IMG/VR virus record: IMGVR_UViG_3300043411_000704
Coordinates: 1 to 64,000 of that record
DNA length: 64,000 nucleotides
Reading direction: 5' to 3' (one strand)
From: a virus
The notes beneath the pieces are model-generated. The model did not search any database and was not told where the DNA came from. It was given only the letters and a program-made list of their open reading frames with translations. A program made the translations under genes and the position numbers. Each line of letters starts with the position of its first letter. Positions within the stretch are counted from its first letter, which is position 1. Positions 37,219 through 46,560 of the stretch are shown here, in pieces.

Positions 37219-38553
37219 TCACATTATATATAGCATTTCTCGTGGTCTTGTGCAAGAGGTATAAAAAATACGTTTTTGTTCATCAATATTCTGATTTAAT
37301 CTGATGTCTGTATAGACAACAAAACAATTGGTGTAGGTGCTCCCTTGGGCTCGATGCCCAGTGATTGAATAATTGAATCCCACGTCTGAGAAATTATCTT
37401 GGAAGCCGAAATATTTACCCCATTTTTGACCTCTACGAACCGCTTCTTTTTCACTTTTTGCATCGTCCGCCAGTTTTTTCAATACCTGTTGGTATATTTT
37501 TTGAGACTTTTCATGTAAAATATGAATATTATGTGCCTCTTCTTCGGATTCAACTGCTGCATCATAATAATGAAACTGATGCCCGTATAATTCTTTCTGG
37601 CTAACGGTTAATCCTAATACTTCAAGGTCTTCATTTGTATTATATAATATTTCATCTGGTGAATCTCCTTTGATCGGTCGATTCACCACCAGTTTTTCAC
37701 CGATCACAATTTTGGGTGCATTCATACCGTATTTCATACCCCGTATAAGTTGGTTAAAATTATCAACCACCACATTTCTCCAACTAATGACCTTACAATG
37801 ATCTGCATTGTTATCAAATTCGGTTGAACAGAAATAATGTTTTAACAACGTGTTAATAACCTCTGGTTGATTTTTATTCAAAATCGCAACACCTTGGTGA
37901 TCAATCACATTTTTTTGTCCAATATTAAACTGAAATTCATTTTTTAAAATTTGTTGAGAAGTCTCAATAATAGGATTACCCTTTGCCTGTCTAACAATTT
38001 CAGTCAATTCATATTGTTTAATCCCATATTTTTCTCTCTGATCCTCCAACATAGGAATCGAATGTTCGTGATTAACCGGATTAATCTGATTTTTATCACC
38101 AATGAATATAATTTTCACACCCCGATAATTCTGATCTTCCATCTCATGGAACAATTCGTCTGCCAACATAGAAGACTCGTCTACAAAGATAATATCATAT
38201 AGTGCAAATTTTGATGGACTACTTTTATCTCTTTCATACACTTCTTTACCGTTGTTAGTGATCTTATGTTTTAGACCTAGTAATGAATGAACTGTTGTGA
38301 ACTTGACCCGTGCCTGATCTTCTGGAGAAAACATCTGTTTAATCACACGCAGGGCTTTATTTGTGGGGGAAATCACTGCAATATTATTATGAGCCGCCTC
38401 ATTGATAATTTTACTAACTAATTGAGTAGTTAGTAACGATTTACCGCTACCAGCAGGTCCATTTAATAGTGCCTTATGGTAGTCTTGATCACCCTGGACA
38501 AATTTCCAAAGGTTATCAAATATCGGTTGTTGATGTTCTGTTAGTTTTATCAT
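37219..38553 (-). CDS. dda: Dda-like SF1B helicase
   Basis: GPAGSGKS, PTNKA, TVHSLL, DESSM, GDKNQI, EIVRQ, HRAQGST, YTSCTR; start MIKL at 38553. Confidence 0.9.
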   Translation of the reverse strand: MIKLTEHQQPIFDNLWKFVQGDQDYHKALLNGPAGSGKSLLTTQLVSKIINEAAHNNIAVISPTNKALRVIKQMFSPEDQARVKFTTVHSLLGLKHKITNNGKEVYERDKSSPSKFALYDIIFVDESSMLADELFHEMEDQNYRGVKIIFIGDKNQINPVNHEHSIPMLEDQREKYGIKQYELTEIVRQAKGNPIIETSQQILKNEFQFNIGQKNVIDHQGVAILNKNQPEVINTLLKHYFCSTEFDNNADHCKVISWRNVVVDNFNQLIRGMKYGMNAPKIVIGEKLVVNRPIKGDSPDEILYNTNEDLEVLGLTVSQKELYGHQFHYYDAAVESEEEAHNIHILHEKSQKIYQQVLKKLADDAKSEKEAVRRGQKWGKYFGFQDNFSDVGFNYSITGHRAQGSTYTNCFVVYTDIRLNQNIDEQKRIFYTSCTRPREMLYIM

Positions 38554-38558
38554 GTCGT

Positions 38559-38855
38559 TCACCAAGAAATTGTGGTGTAAGTTAATCCGTTGATAGTATG
38601 TGTTGTTATATAACAAACTATTCTCAATTTAATATATTTTTTAATATAATTAAATTCATCTATTGAGAAATCACACTCGACCGCTTTCAGCTTTTCAAGA
38701 TACCATCTACCATCGGATAGGGCATCATATTCCATACTATTAGTAATCAGTTGAATACTGCATTCATTATTAATTGAAATTCTCTTTATCATTCGGATAA
38801 TAGTGTTTGCATAATCTTGCAATTCTATTATTTGATCAGCCTTTAAACGTTTCAT
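38559..38855 (-). CDS. Hypothetical protein
   Basis: 98-aa ORF. Confidence 0.5.
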   Translation of the reverse strand: MKRLKADQIIELQDYANTIIRMIKRISINNECSIQLITNSMEYDALSDGRWYLEKLKAVECDFSIDEFNYIKKYIKLRIVCYITTHTINGLTYTTISW

Positions 38856-38883
38856 ATAAATTTTGAAATTAATAGTAATCTAA

Positions 38884-39498
38884 CTATGATATGCACCCAT
38901 TCATATGTTTAGCTAACCATGTCATTGATGGTTCGTCAAGAAGATCTGCCGCCACTGATTCGGCTGATAAATCATCAACCACATCTAAATCCATTTTATT
39001 CTTGATCTTCGGTATATAATACTCCACCCTCTCACGACCATCAATGGCGGTCGTCTTTTTAGCTGCTTCAACGACATCATCAAAATATTGAACAGGTTGT
39101 CTGTGCCAGAAAAATTGACGAATTGGTTTATCCAAAACCATCACACAAATAGGAAGCCAGAACGGAACGACAATTCTATAGTGACGTTTAACACCTTCTA
39201 AACAATGAGCAGTCTCATTATTAATCCTCATATTATAATAAGTGTTCTTTCTATTGTTTAGAAACCTAGTTATTCTGTTCACAAAGTCTTCTGCTTTACT
39301 CTGATCATCAGTGAATAAATCTAAATCACCTGGAATTTTGATCGCTTTCTTTCTAGTGATTGCCATTGCAATACTTCCACCAAGTGCAACACCAGACTGT
39401 TGTGCAATTTTTAAAACCAAAGAATTCTTTATAATCCATTCATTTCCTACAGACCCATAAATTTCTTGTAATGCTGTTATTTTTTTAGGTATAGTCAT
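38884..39498 (-). CDS. Putative nucleotidyltransferase (Pol-beta superfamily)
   Basis: LGGSIA...PGDLDLF (GS + DxD). Confidence 0.6.
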   Translation of the reverse strand: MTIPKKITALQEIYGSVGNEWIIKNSLVLKIAQQSGVALGGSIAMAITRKKAIKIPGDLDLFTDDQSKAEDFVNRITRFLNNRKNTYYNMRINNETAHCLEGVKRHYRIVVPFWLPICVMVLDKPIRQFFWHRQPVQYFDDVVEAAKKTTAIDGRERVEYYIPKIKNKMDLDVVDDLSAESVAADLLDEPSMTWLAKHMNGCIS

Positions 39499-39501
39499 AT
39501 T

Positions 39502-39882
39502 TTAATGGTAATGTGATAGGATAAATAATTTATTGTGCCAAACTTTTTCATCTGACTTGATGAATCTGAGCAAACCCTTTTCGTTCAACCATTTACAAGT
39601 GTTTTCCATATATTGATCATCAATTTTATGCGGTGATAATTCTGTAAAGTCTAACATTTCGTCACCCCATTCAGACCCAACTGCAATACAATATCCGGCA
39701 ATACAATAATCATTATTCATTCCATCATATAAAATGCCCATCGTATTTTTTGCACCTTTTCCACACCATGGGAATTTTAGAGGCTCGATAAGATTATTAT
39801 AAATCTCGTCATCACAAGTTTCAATTTTATCCAAATCTAATTGGACACCGTAAATTATATATGTTTCTGCTAGTGTGCCCAT
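39502..39882 (-). CDS. Hypothetical protein
   Basis: 126-aa ORF. Confidence 0.7.
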   Translation of the reverse strand: MGTLAETYIIYGVQLDLDKIETCDDEIYNNLIEPLKFPWCGKGAKNTMGILYDGMNNDYCIAGYCIAVGSEWGDEMLDFTELSPHKIDDQYMENTCKWLNEKGLLRFIKSDEKVWHNKLFILSHYH

Positions 39883-39884
39883 AT

Positions 39885-40337
39885 TTATTCACTTTTAATT
39901 CTTTTTGTATCGTCCAAAAATTCGGTTAAAAATTTCTTATTTCGTTCTAATTCTCGTAATTGTGCAGCTTCTTGATAGGGAATATAAAATGCATTATAAA
40001 GTCTTTCCATATCCTTTTCTGAAAAAAAGGTATACCCATATTGAAACATATAAACTTCGTTATAAGAAATTTTCTGCAACGAATATGACAAACATTTATG
40101 TTCATATAAACTAAAGACAGATGAATTAACAACCCATTCAGATGGAGGAAATTTTTTTAGATCCTCGATAACAGTATCAACTATTTGTTTAGATAATTTA
40201 TCTTTCTCTGATAATTCGGGTATATTAATTTTTACTTCTGGTATATCGTTAGAATAATCAGATTCAGTTTGTGAACAACATTGTGGATTTCCAATTATCG
40301 AATCCCATACTAGTTTCAATTTTTGTTTTATACTCAT
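39885..40337 (-). CDS. Hypothetical protein
   Basis: 150-aa ORF. Confidence 0.7.
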   Translation of the reverse strand: MSIKQKLKLVWDSIIGNPQCCSQTESDYSNDIPEVKINIPELSEKDKLSKQIVDTVIEDLKKFPPSEWVVNSSVFSLYEHKCLSYSLQKISYNEVYMFQYGYTFFSEKDMERLYNAFYIPYQEAAQLRELERNKKFLTEFLDDTKRIKSE

Positions 40338-40341
40338 ATAA

Positions 40342-40968
40342 TTATGATTTGATCATGATTTTTTGACCACGAATGGGTTGGTTTTCCTCATATAGTTTCT
40401 TAAACTTATCTTTTCCGATTCGATAAAATTTCATTGCTTCTTTTTTAGAATTGAATTCCTTACAAATTCCTTTGGTATAAATCGAATATGTGCTAGATGG
40501 TAGAAGTTTGCCACTATCTAGATAGTGTCTGACGACATGGGACGGAACACTTAAATCAACCAATAAGTGCTGTCTCTTCCTATAAAATTTCTCTTCCCCT
40601 TTCTCTGAAACAACAACAAATTCTTTATCAGAAGATATAGAATTATATTGCACAGTTAGCAATGTTTCGGATGAAACATATTGATAATAATGTTTATACC
40701 ATCGTCTACCATCGTGCATACTATTATATAGTGCTCCGTTATAACTCACATATTTTTGTATAATGGTTTTTTTATTAGAAAACCCTTTTTTGATAAAAAA
40801 ATCTCGCACTGCTTGATTTCTATTTTTATAAACGGCAATTACATTGCCGTTATCGTCTAATTTAGCAACATGATACTGGTCCAAACAACCAGATTTTTCG
40901 GCCTCATGGTTAGCTTTAATCACTTTGTTTTTTATTTCGTTCATATAATTATGTTGGAATTCCTCCAA
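40342..40968 (-). CDS. NUMOD1-like DNA-binding repeat protein (homing-endonuclease-related); start uncertain
   Basis: V.KLDDNGNVIAVY..RNQAVR and KEFNSKKEAMKF modules; no nuclease motif seen. Confidence 0.55.
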   Translation of the reverse strand: MEEFQHNYMNEIKNKVIKANHEAEKSGCLDQYHVAKLDDNGNVIAVYKNRNQAVRDFFIKKGFSNKKTIIQKYVSYNGALYNSMHDGRRWYKHYYQYVSSETLLTVQYNSISSDKEFVVVSEKGEEKFYRKRQHLLVDLSVPSHVVRHYLDSGKLLPSSTYSIYTKGICKEFNSKKEAMKFYRIGKDKFKKLYEENQPIRGQKIMIKS

Positions 40969-41009
40969 TTTTATTCTTTTAGTTAAATCTTTTTCTGGAA
41001 TTCATATAT

Positions 41010-41441
41010 TTAACATAAATCAATGGGTATTTCACCGGTTTTAGTTGATTTTGATGCTAATTTATCACAATAATTATTCCAATGGTTGAGTGGATCATGA
41101 CCCTTCAACCAGCACAGTCTAATATTTTCATTAATCATCGGACATAATTCATCCCACATATCTATGTTCGCTCTTTTCTTCCAGCCTTCCATAATAGTAT
41201 TCACCACATATTTTGAATCACTGTAAATTGTTGTATCCCAATCATGTTCAATCTTTTTGATTGCCTCCATAACTGCCTTGATCTCCATTCGATTGTTAGT
41301 CGTATTCTTCATCCTACCATATCCATCAACTATCAGTTGATCATTATCATCAACAATAGCATATGCATACCCACCTATATTATGGGCTCCTCTGGTGTTG
41401 AAATCACATGCACCATCTGTATAAATTTTTACTTTCTTCAT
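41010..41441 (-). CDS. rnhA: Ribonuclease HI
   Basis: YTDGAC, TTNNRME, YSDSKYV, W.KGH, NNYCDKLA. Confidence 0.95.
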   Translation of the reverse strand: MKKVKIYTDGACDFNTRGAHNIGGYAYAIVDDNDQLIVDGYGRMKNTTNNRMEIKAVMEAIKKIEHDWDTTIYSDSKYVVNTIMEGWKKRANIDMWDELCPMINENIRLCWLKGHDPLNHWNNYCDKLASKSTKTGEIPIDLC

Positions 41442-41553
41442 TATCTAAATTTAACCCAATCTAAACAACAAATCAAGCAAAATCTTCAAATTCAGCATCA
41501 AAAACACGCTTTTTCAGCTTAATATTTAGTAAAAGATTGTAAATATATAATTG

Positions 41554-41814
41554 TTATCAGGTGGTTATGAGGAAGAGAGAATAGGAATTCCCTTCCTGGC
41601 GAAACTCTTTGAGTTTTTATAGACAAGAAGTTATCCTACTCTCTTCCAAATGTAACCTGATAAATCAGTATGGCCCCATCGGAATCCAGTCTAAGTTTTG
41701 ATGGGTAAATTTGGAAATCCCCTTGACCAGTCGAGCGGTTGATCCCCTTCCGTATCAACACTAAATTTATATGTAAACTAATGGTGATCCATTTTATTGG
41801 ACGAAGTATTAGTT
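41554..41814 (+). ncRNA. Putative structured RNA or origin element (four stem-loops)
   Basis: Stems 41554-62/41655-63, 41571-79/41639-47, 41675-83/41697-705, 41706-14/41761-69, 41776-82/41808-14; TAAATA at 41540-45. Confidence 0.55.
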
Positions 41815-41901
41815 AAGTTCTATTTAAACAGATTCGAAATACGATTGCAAGTTTTTTCTTCATCCATTGTAAACTTTTTTTCTCTGTATAAATAAATTTC
41901 G

Positions 41902-42348
41902 ATGACACCAAAATTTGACGAATTATATACCCAATTAATGGAAGACCTTTCACAACAAGGAAAAGGATTGTTGGCCAATCAGGGAGGTGGAGGATCACCA
42001 GCCAATAATTCGTCAAAGCCTATTACAGCGCCTTCTACTAGTTCCGCACCAGCAGTCAAGCCTGCAACCAATCTATCAGGTCAAAAGCCTTTAAACAGCA
42101 CACAGCAAGATTTTGGGGTATTGTTACAAGATCCGAACGATAATACAGCAGCAGATGCGGTATTGAATCATTTGACTACTAATAATATTGATTTTAACGA
42201 TCCTAAATTTGCAGAAACACCTGAAGGACAGGCAATAGGACAAAGAATTCAAAAAAATCCTAAATTTGCAGATGCACTAGATCAGGCACAACAGCGATTG
42301 ATTGCCGGTGCATCAGATGCAACTAAACAAGCATTTGCAACACAATAA
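41902..42348 (+). CDS. Putative internal virion protein (low complexity)
   Basis: TATAAATA at 41887-94; MTPKFDELYTQLME N-terminus. Confidence 0.7.
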   Translation: MTPKFDELYTQLMEDLSQQGKGLLANQGGGGSPANNSSKPITAPSTSSAPAVKPATNLSGQKPLNSTQQDFGVLLQDPNDNTAADAVLNHLTTNNIDFNDPKFAETPEGQAIGQRIQKNPKFADALDQAQQRLIAGASDATKQAFATQ

Positions 42349-42388
42349 TATCATACATAATCCACTATCATTTTGTTAAATAATGTGA

Positions 42389-43063
42389 ATGACCAAGAAT
42401 TTTGACGTATTATATAATAGAATAATTGCAGAAGCAGCAGATGATTCTGAATTACCGGATTTTGGTCAGCAACAAGATCAAGGTGGTGATACCCAAATGG
42501 ATCAAGGATTGGCCGATCTTTCGCCTGATGAATTAGGTATGGACGAATCCAAACCAGTTCCACCCGAAGAACTAGAATTGGCACATTTGGCAATCAGGGC
42601 AGTAAATTTTGACATTAAATCTAAAGATGTTCATCAATATGGATTTCAGGATAATACGGGCAATAGAATATCATTTGAACAGATTCCTTCATATTTCGAA
42701 GAAACCAAAGACTGGAGACGTGTATTAAAGTTTATTGAATGGTTGATCAATAAATTTGAAGGTGTTAATTCTCAATGGGCAGAAGAACAGGAATTAAAAG
42801 GGAAGAATATTTTACAAAAAATAAGTATTATTAATCGAAAGAATAAGGCAAATCCTGAACTACAGTTGGATAATTCTAAACGGCTGGTTTGGACTCGTAT
42901 TATTTTGAATGCACTCATTAATTCAGATTCTTCTATGAACATTATTGGTTCGGATATTGATGAAAAGAGTTTACCTGATATATTCAATCAACTTAAACAG
43001 AATTTTATGCACAGTTCAACCGGATTATTCGCCAATAAACCAGTTCACCCAATCAACAATTAA
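42389..43063 (+). CDS. Putative internal virion protein
   Basis: TAAATA at 42377-82; MTKNFDVLYNRIIAE N-terminus followed by an acidic linker. Confidence 0.7.
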   Translation: MTKNFDVLYNRIIAEAADDSELPDFGQQQDQGGDTQMDQGLADLSPDELGMDESKPVPPEELELAHLAIRAVNFDIKSKDVHQYGFQDNTGNRISFEQIPSYFEETKDWRRVLKFIEWLINKFEGVNSQWAEEQELKGKNILQKISIINRKNKANPELQLDNSKRLVWTRIILNALINSDSSMNIIGSDIDEKSLPDIFNQLKQNFMHSSTGLFANKPVHPINN

Positions 43064-43072
43064 AAAAAGTTC

Positions 43073-43101
43073 TTGACATACACGTCAATCACATTTAAAC
43101 T
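43073..43101 (+). promoter_or_regulatory. sigma70-like promoter (TTGACA-17-TAAACT)
   Basis: Upstream of 43111. Confidence 0.6.
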
Positions 43102-43110
43102 AATCTTGAT

Positions 43111-43398
43111 ATGAAGAAACAAACGTATACAATGATACAAGCGGATATTGATGGTGCAACAAAAGACTCTTTCGAGAATAATCCGATCACTAGAGCGATT
43201 AAAAGAAAAATTCATAGAAGTGCCAATTCATCCGCATATTTTAGAGATGTATATTACCAAACATCGGCTGGATACACCCGAAGTTTCTGGCTTCCAGAAA
43301 AAGCAATAGACCTGATTAACAAATTTGATGCGGGCAAAAAGGTTAAACCAATTACATTCACTATTGAAGAAAAGGCTGGCGATTCTATTTTGCGCTGA
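43111..43398 (+). CDS. Hypothetical protein
   Basis: 95-aa ORF. Confidence 0.7.
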   Translation: MKKQTYTMIQADIDGATKDSFENNPITRAIKRKIHRSANSSAYFRDVYYQTSAGYTRSFWLPEKAIDLINKFDAGKKVKPITFTIEEKAGDSILR

Positions 43399-43413
43399 TT
43401 GTAAATAACCTAC

Positions 43414-44715
43414 ATGTCCAACAATTCATTTGAAATGGGTAAAAAGTATACATATAATGCTTCATCTGGAAAAATAACATTTCTATCTGAAGAAAAGTTT
43501 GGAAAAAATTTGGTTTATGATCGAAGCACAGTTAAAAAAATACTAGAATTGTATTCTGATTTTGATGGTGTTCCGCACACCGTAACCGAAATAAGTCAAA
43601 AAACAGGGGTTCCAAAAGATAGGGTGTTGTTTGTTGTTAAAGCATTAGGAAAAACTCACAGTTGTTTACCTGTGATTCCAGAAGAACTTGATGTTCATCC
43701 GGTTGAACAAATTGTAGATGATTTAGTTGAATCTAAAGAACATGTGGTAAAAGCAAAATTTGAAAAAGTATGCTTACAAAAAACAAAAGAAGATGCAGCA
43801 AATTGGTTGGAATTAAAATCGGGCAAACTTTCGCTGGTTAAGGACTATCTGAAAAATTTGAAAATCAGTTCTCCCGTTATATACAAACCGATTTTCACAC
43901 CAGTAAAATCAGGTGATGTATACCTTGCATCAGTATCAGATATCCATTTTGGTATTCAGCATTATGCCGAGAATGCATTTAACGGCAAACCATATGAATT
44001 TGAAGATATTAAGGAAATAATTGAAAACTATATTCATGATATTATTCGAGATGTGAATAATCGTAAAACAGGGTTTGAAAAATGTGTGTTAGTCAATGCA
44101 GGTGATACCCTACATTCACTTTCAGGATTTACTTCAAAAGGGACTAAATTACAGGATGGAGTATGGGGACATAAACAGTTTGTGCTTGCATTCGAAACGC
44201 TTACATTTTTAATCCAAAGTCTGAACAATATATTTGGAACAGTAGAAGTTAAATCGGTCGGGGGGAACCATGCATTTATAGAAGATTACATTCTCTTTTA
44301 TTCACTAGAGAAATACTTTGACAAGAACAACAAAATACTGTTTGATATATCAACCGCTCGATGGATGGATTTTGTGATTAAAAACACGCTATTTGTGGTA
44401 GATCATGGTAGTAGTGCAACCATTAAATCAGTTCTTCCCGAAGGCAGTAAACAACGTGAAGCATTTATTCAAAATATTTTTATGAACGTCAACACATCTA
44501 AGTATGATACGATTGATCATCGGGTGTATATCTGTGGGGACAAACATAATATTCAGTATGGTGAATATGCAAACTTTGAATTCGTGCGGTTTAGCACACC
44601 AGTAAAAGGTGAAAGCTATTCAGATCAATTAGGTCTTAAAAATAGACCGAGGTTTAATGCATTGGTAATCAATGATGATGGTATAAAAGAAATTCTAAAT
44701 TATTACGTGAAGTGA
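43414..44715 (+). CDS. HTH plus calcineurin-like metallophosphoesterase
   Basis: SDIHFG, GDTLH, GNH, DHG, GDKH motifs; N-terminal HTH-like segment. Confidence 0.85.
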   Translation: MSNNSFEMGKKYTYNASSGKITFLSEEKFGKNLVYDRSTVKKILELYSDFDGVPHTVTEISQKTGVPKDRVLFVVKALGKTHSCLPVIPEELDVHPVEQIVDDLVESKEHVVKAKFEKVCLQKTKEDAANWLELKSGKLSLVKDYLKNLKISSPVIYKPIFTPVKSGDVYLASVSDIHFGIQHYAENAFNGKPYEFEDIKEIIENYIHDIIRDVNNRKTGFEKCVLVNAGDTLHSLSGFTSKGTKLQDGVWGHKQFVLAFETLTFLIQSLNNIFGTVEVKSVGGNHAFIEDYILFYSLEKYFDKNNKILFDISTARWMDFVIKNTLFVVDHGSSATIKSVLPEGSKQREAFIQNIFMNVNTSKYDTIDHRVYICGDKHNIQYGEYANFEFVRFSTPVKGESYSDQLGLKNRPRFNALVINDDGIKEILNYYVK

Positions 44716-45527
44716 AAATAAAATTCGTAGGACATAGTGGTGCTTTTGCACCGATAGAAAAAGGTAATAGTAATATGCTATTCATTTCTGATAGTGGAAA
44801 AATGTTGGCATTTGATATGGGGACCACATGGCCATATATCTATCGCGATGAATGGAAAGCAGATTTTAAAGATATAGATGCACTTTATATTTCGCATTTG
44901 CACTCAGATCATGCGGCGATTGAACAATTTGCATTCTCCCGATTTTTTATGCCTAAAAAGGATAATAATGGGACAATCATCAAACCTAAATTGTTTATGG
45001 TCAAGTCTCTAATGAAAGAGGCATGGGAGACCACATGGAAAGGAGGACTCGAATCTTTACAAGGCAAGATTATGAATCTGACAGATTATTTTGAGTGTTG
45101 TCCAGTGTCAGATAATAAGTCGTTTATATGGGAAGGGTATTCATTTACACCGATTCAAACAGTTCATGTTAGATCTGGTTATATAATCAAACATTCATAT
45201 GGATTGGGTATTAGGAAACTGCCGGAAAAAATTACGGGCGGAACAACCAGACTTGTGGATGAATCGACATATGATTGTTATGTGACATCCGACACTATGT
45301 TTGATCCACAATTAGCTGAATTTTATAAAAAATCTAAAATAATTTTTAGTGATTGTGAGGTGTCACCATTTAGATCACATGTGCATCCCAATTATGATGA
45401 TCTAAAAACACTTGTGCCCGAATATAAGAAAAAAATGTGGTTATATCATTATAATAATGAGGCACCTACATGGGTGGAAGATGGATTTGCAGGATTTGTC
45501 AAAAAAGGACAGGAATTCGTTTTCTAA
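44712..45527 (+). CDS. MBL-fold hydrolase, Apyc1 (anti-Pycsar)-like
   Basis: G..GAFA, SHLHSDH, KPKL, W..TWKGGL, LTDYF, SDTMFD, DCE, VH...DL.TL, LYHY. Confidence 0.8.
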   Translation: MKIKFVGHSGAFAPIEKGNSNMLFISDSGKMLAFDMGTTWPYIYRDEWKADFKDIDALYISHLHSDHAAIEQFAFSRFFMPKKDNNGTIIKPKLFMVKSLMKEAWETTWKGGLESLQGKIMNLTDYFECCPVSDNKSFIWEGYSFTPIQTVHVRSGYIIKHSYGLGIRKLPEKITGGTTRLVDESTYDCYVTSDTMFDPQLAEFYKKSKIIFSDCEVSPFRSHVHPNYDDLKTLVPEYKKKMWLYHYNNEAPTWVEDGFAGFVKKGQEFVF

Positions 45528-46030
45528 TGAAAAATAAATTTACAATTTTACTTAAAACCGTGGAGATTCCGTTGAAAACCATAGTAAAAAACGGAGTGAA
45601 TCCATGTGATCGAACTGGATTTCAAAAATTATATGCACATCACTTATGCAAACCATCAACACATGTGATTTTGGATAAGGTTTTAGAATTATCTAATTCA
45701 CAAGGTATAGAGTTTGCTACACATAATTGTCGATGGATAGACACTATTGGTGAACAGACTGAAACAAAGTTTAGATCAACAAATGGTGAGGACGCTATTG
45801 ATCTACCTATAAGTCATTATATCAACTATATTTTGAAGGCACGACAGAAATTAGAAATTGCTCACAATGAACGGAACAGTGTTAAGTGGTATCATTTTGA
45901 CAGAAAATCAGACATCCAGAAAAGAATATATGAAGCTGAGTTCATGATTGGATATTGTTCCAAATTTAGAGCCGCAGATATCACATTTCCATCGTTCAAA
46001 CGTCAGTGGTTTTTAGATCTTTATTATTAA
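45527..46030 (+). CDS. Hypothetical protein
   Basis: ATG at 45527, coupled at both ends. Confidence 0.65.
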   Translation: MKNKFTILLKTVEIPLKTIVKNGVNPCDRTGFQKLYAHHLCKPSTHVILDKVLELSNSQGIEFATHNCRWIDTIGEQTETKFRSTNGEDAIDLPISHYINYILKARQKLEIAHNERNSVKWYHFDRKSDIQKRIYEAEFMIGYCSKFRAADITFPSFKRQWFLDLYY

Positions 46031-46521
46031 TGAATGACAAAATTAAAATTCATCCACATTTCGTTCGCAATACCGATCAAATTGTTTCGTATGTAAAAAA
46101 ACATTTTGATACGAAGTTCAAACCTCGGATTGGAGACGACCGACATACAGGTATTATACCAAAAGTATATTCAGATTTCTGCACTTTAAAGGATGTGGAT
46201 ATGGATAAACAGTTGATAGATCTCATTTTTTCAGATAATGATTTTGATCCTGATTTGAAAGATTTTTATAATTTTATTCAAATTCAACGATACCTACCTG
46301 GACAATTCATATGTCCCCACTATGACCAGTATTCCATTCGTAAATTACATTTGATAACATTGACATCAAGTGATTATGACGGTTTATATATCGAAGATGG
46401 ATTTGGTGGCATTAAATTTGCACCAGATGTTGCAGGACAGTATATAGATTTTGATAATTCATTGATTCATTGGGTTGGACCAGTTAGAGAAGAGCGGTAT
46501 TCTATGGTTATAGGTGAATAA
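46030..46521 (+). CDS. 2OG-Fe(II) oxygenase
   Basis: QRYLPGQ..PHYD (HxD), distal HWV, RYS; ATG at 46030. Confidence 0.8.
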   Translation: MNDKIKIHPHFVRNTDQIVSYVKKHFDTKFKPRIGDDRHTGIIPKVYSDFCTLKDVDMDKQLIDLIFSDNDFDPDLKDFYNFIQIQRYLPGQFICPHYDQYSIRKLHLITLTSSDYDGLYIEDGFGGIKFAPDVAGQYIDFDNSLIHWVGPVREERYSMVIGE

Positions 46522-46560
46522 CACTTGAAATCCTATATTTGGTGTTATCAATATTAGATA

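Noticed and set aside
41010-41814. Retron or DGR (ncRNA plus RNase H)
   Set aside because: No reverse transcriptase in the window, no template/variable repeat pair, and no clear msr/msd arrangement
41461-41900. tRNA or tmRNA in intergenic gaps
   Set aside because: No cloverleaf with a T-loop GTTCRA and acceptor stem found by eye here or in other gaps
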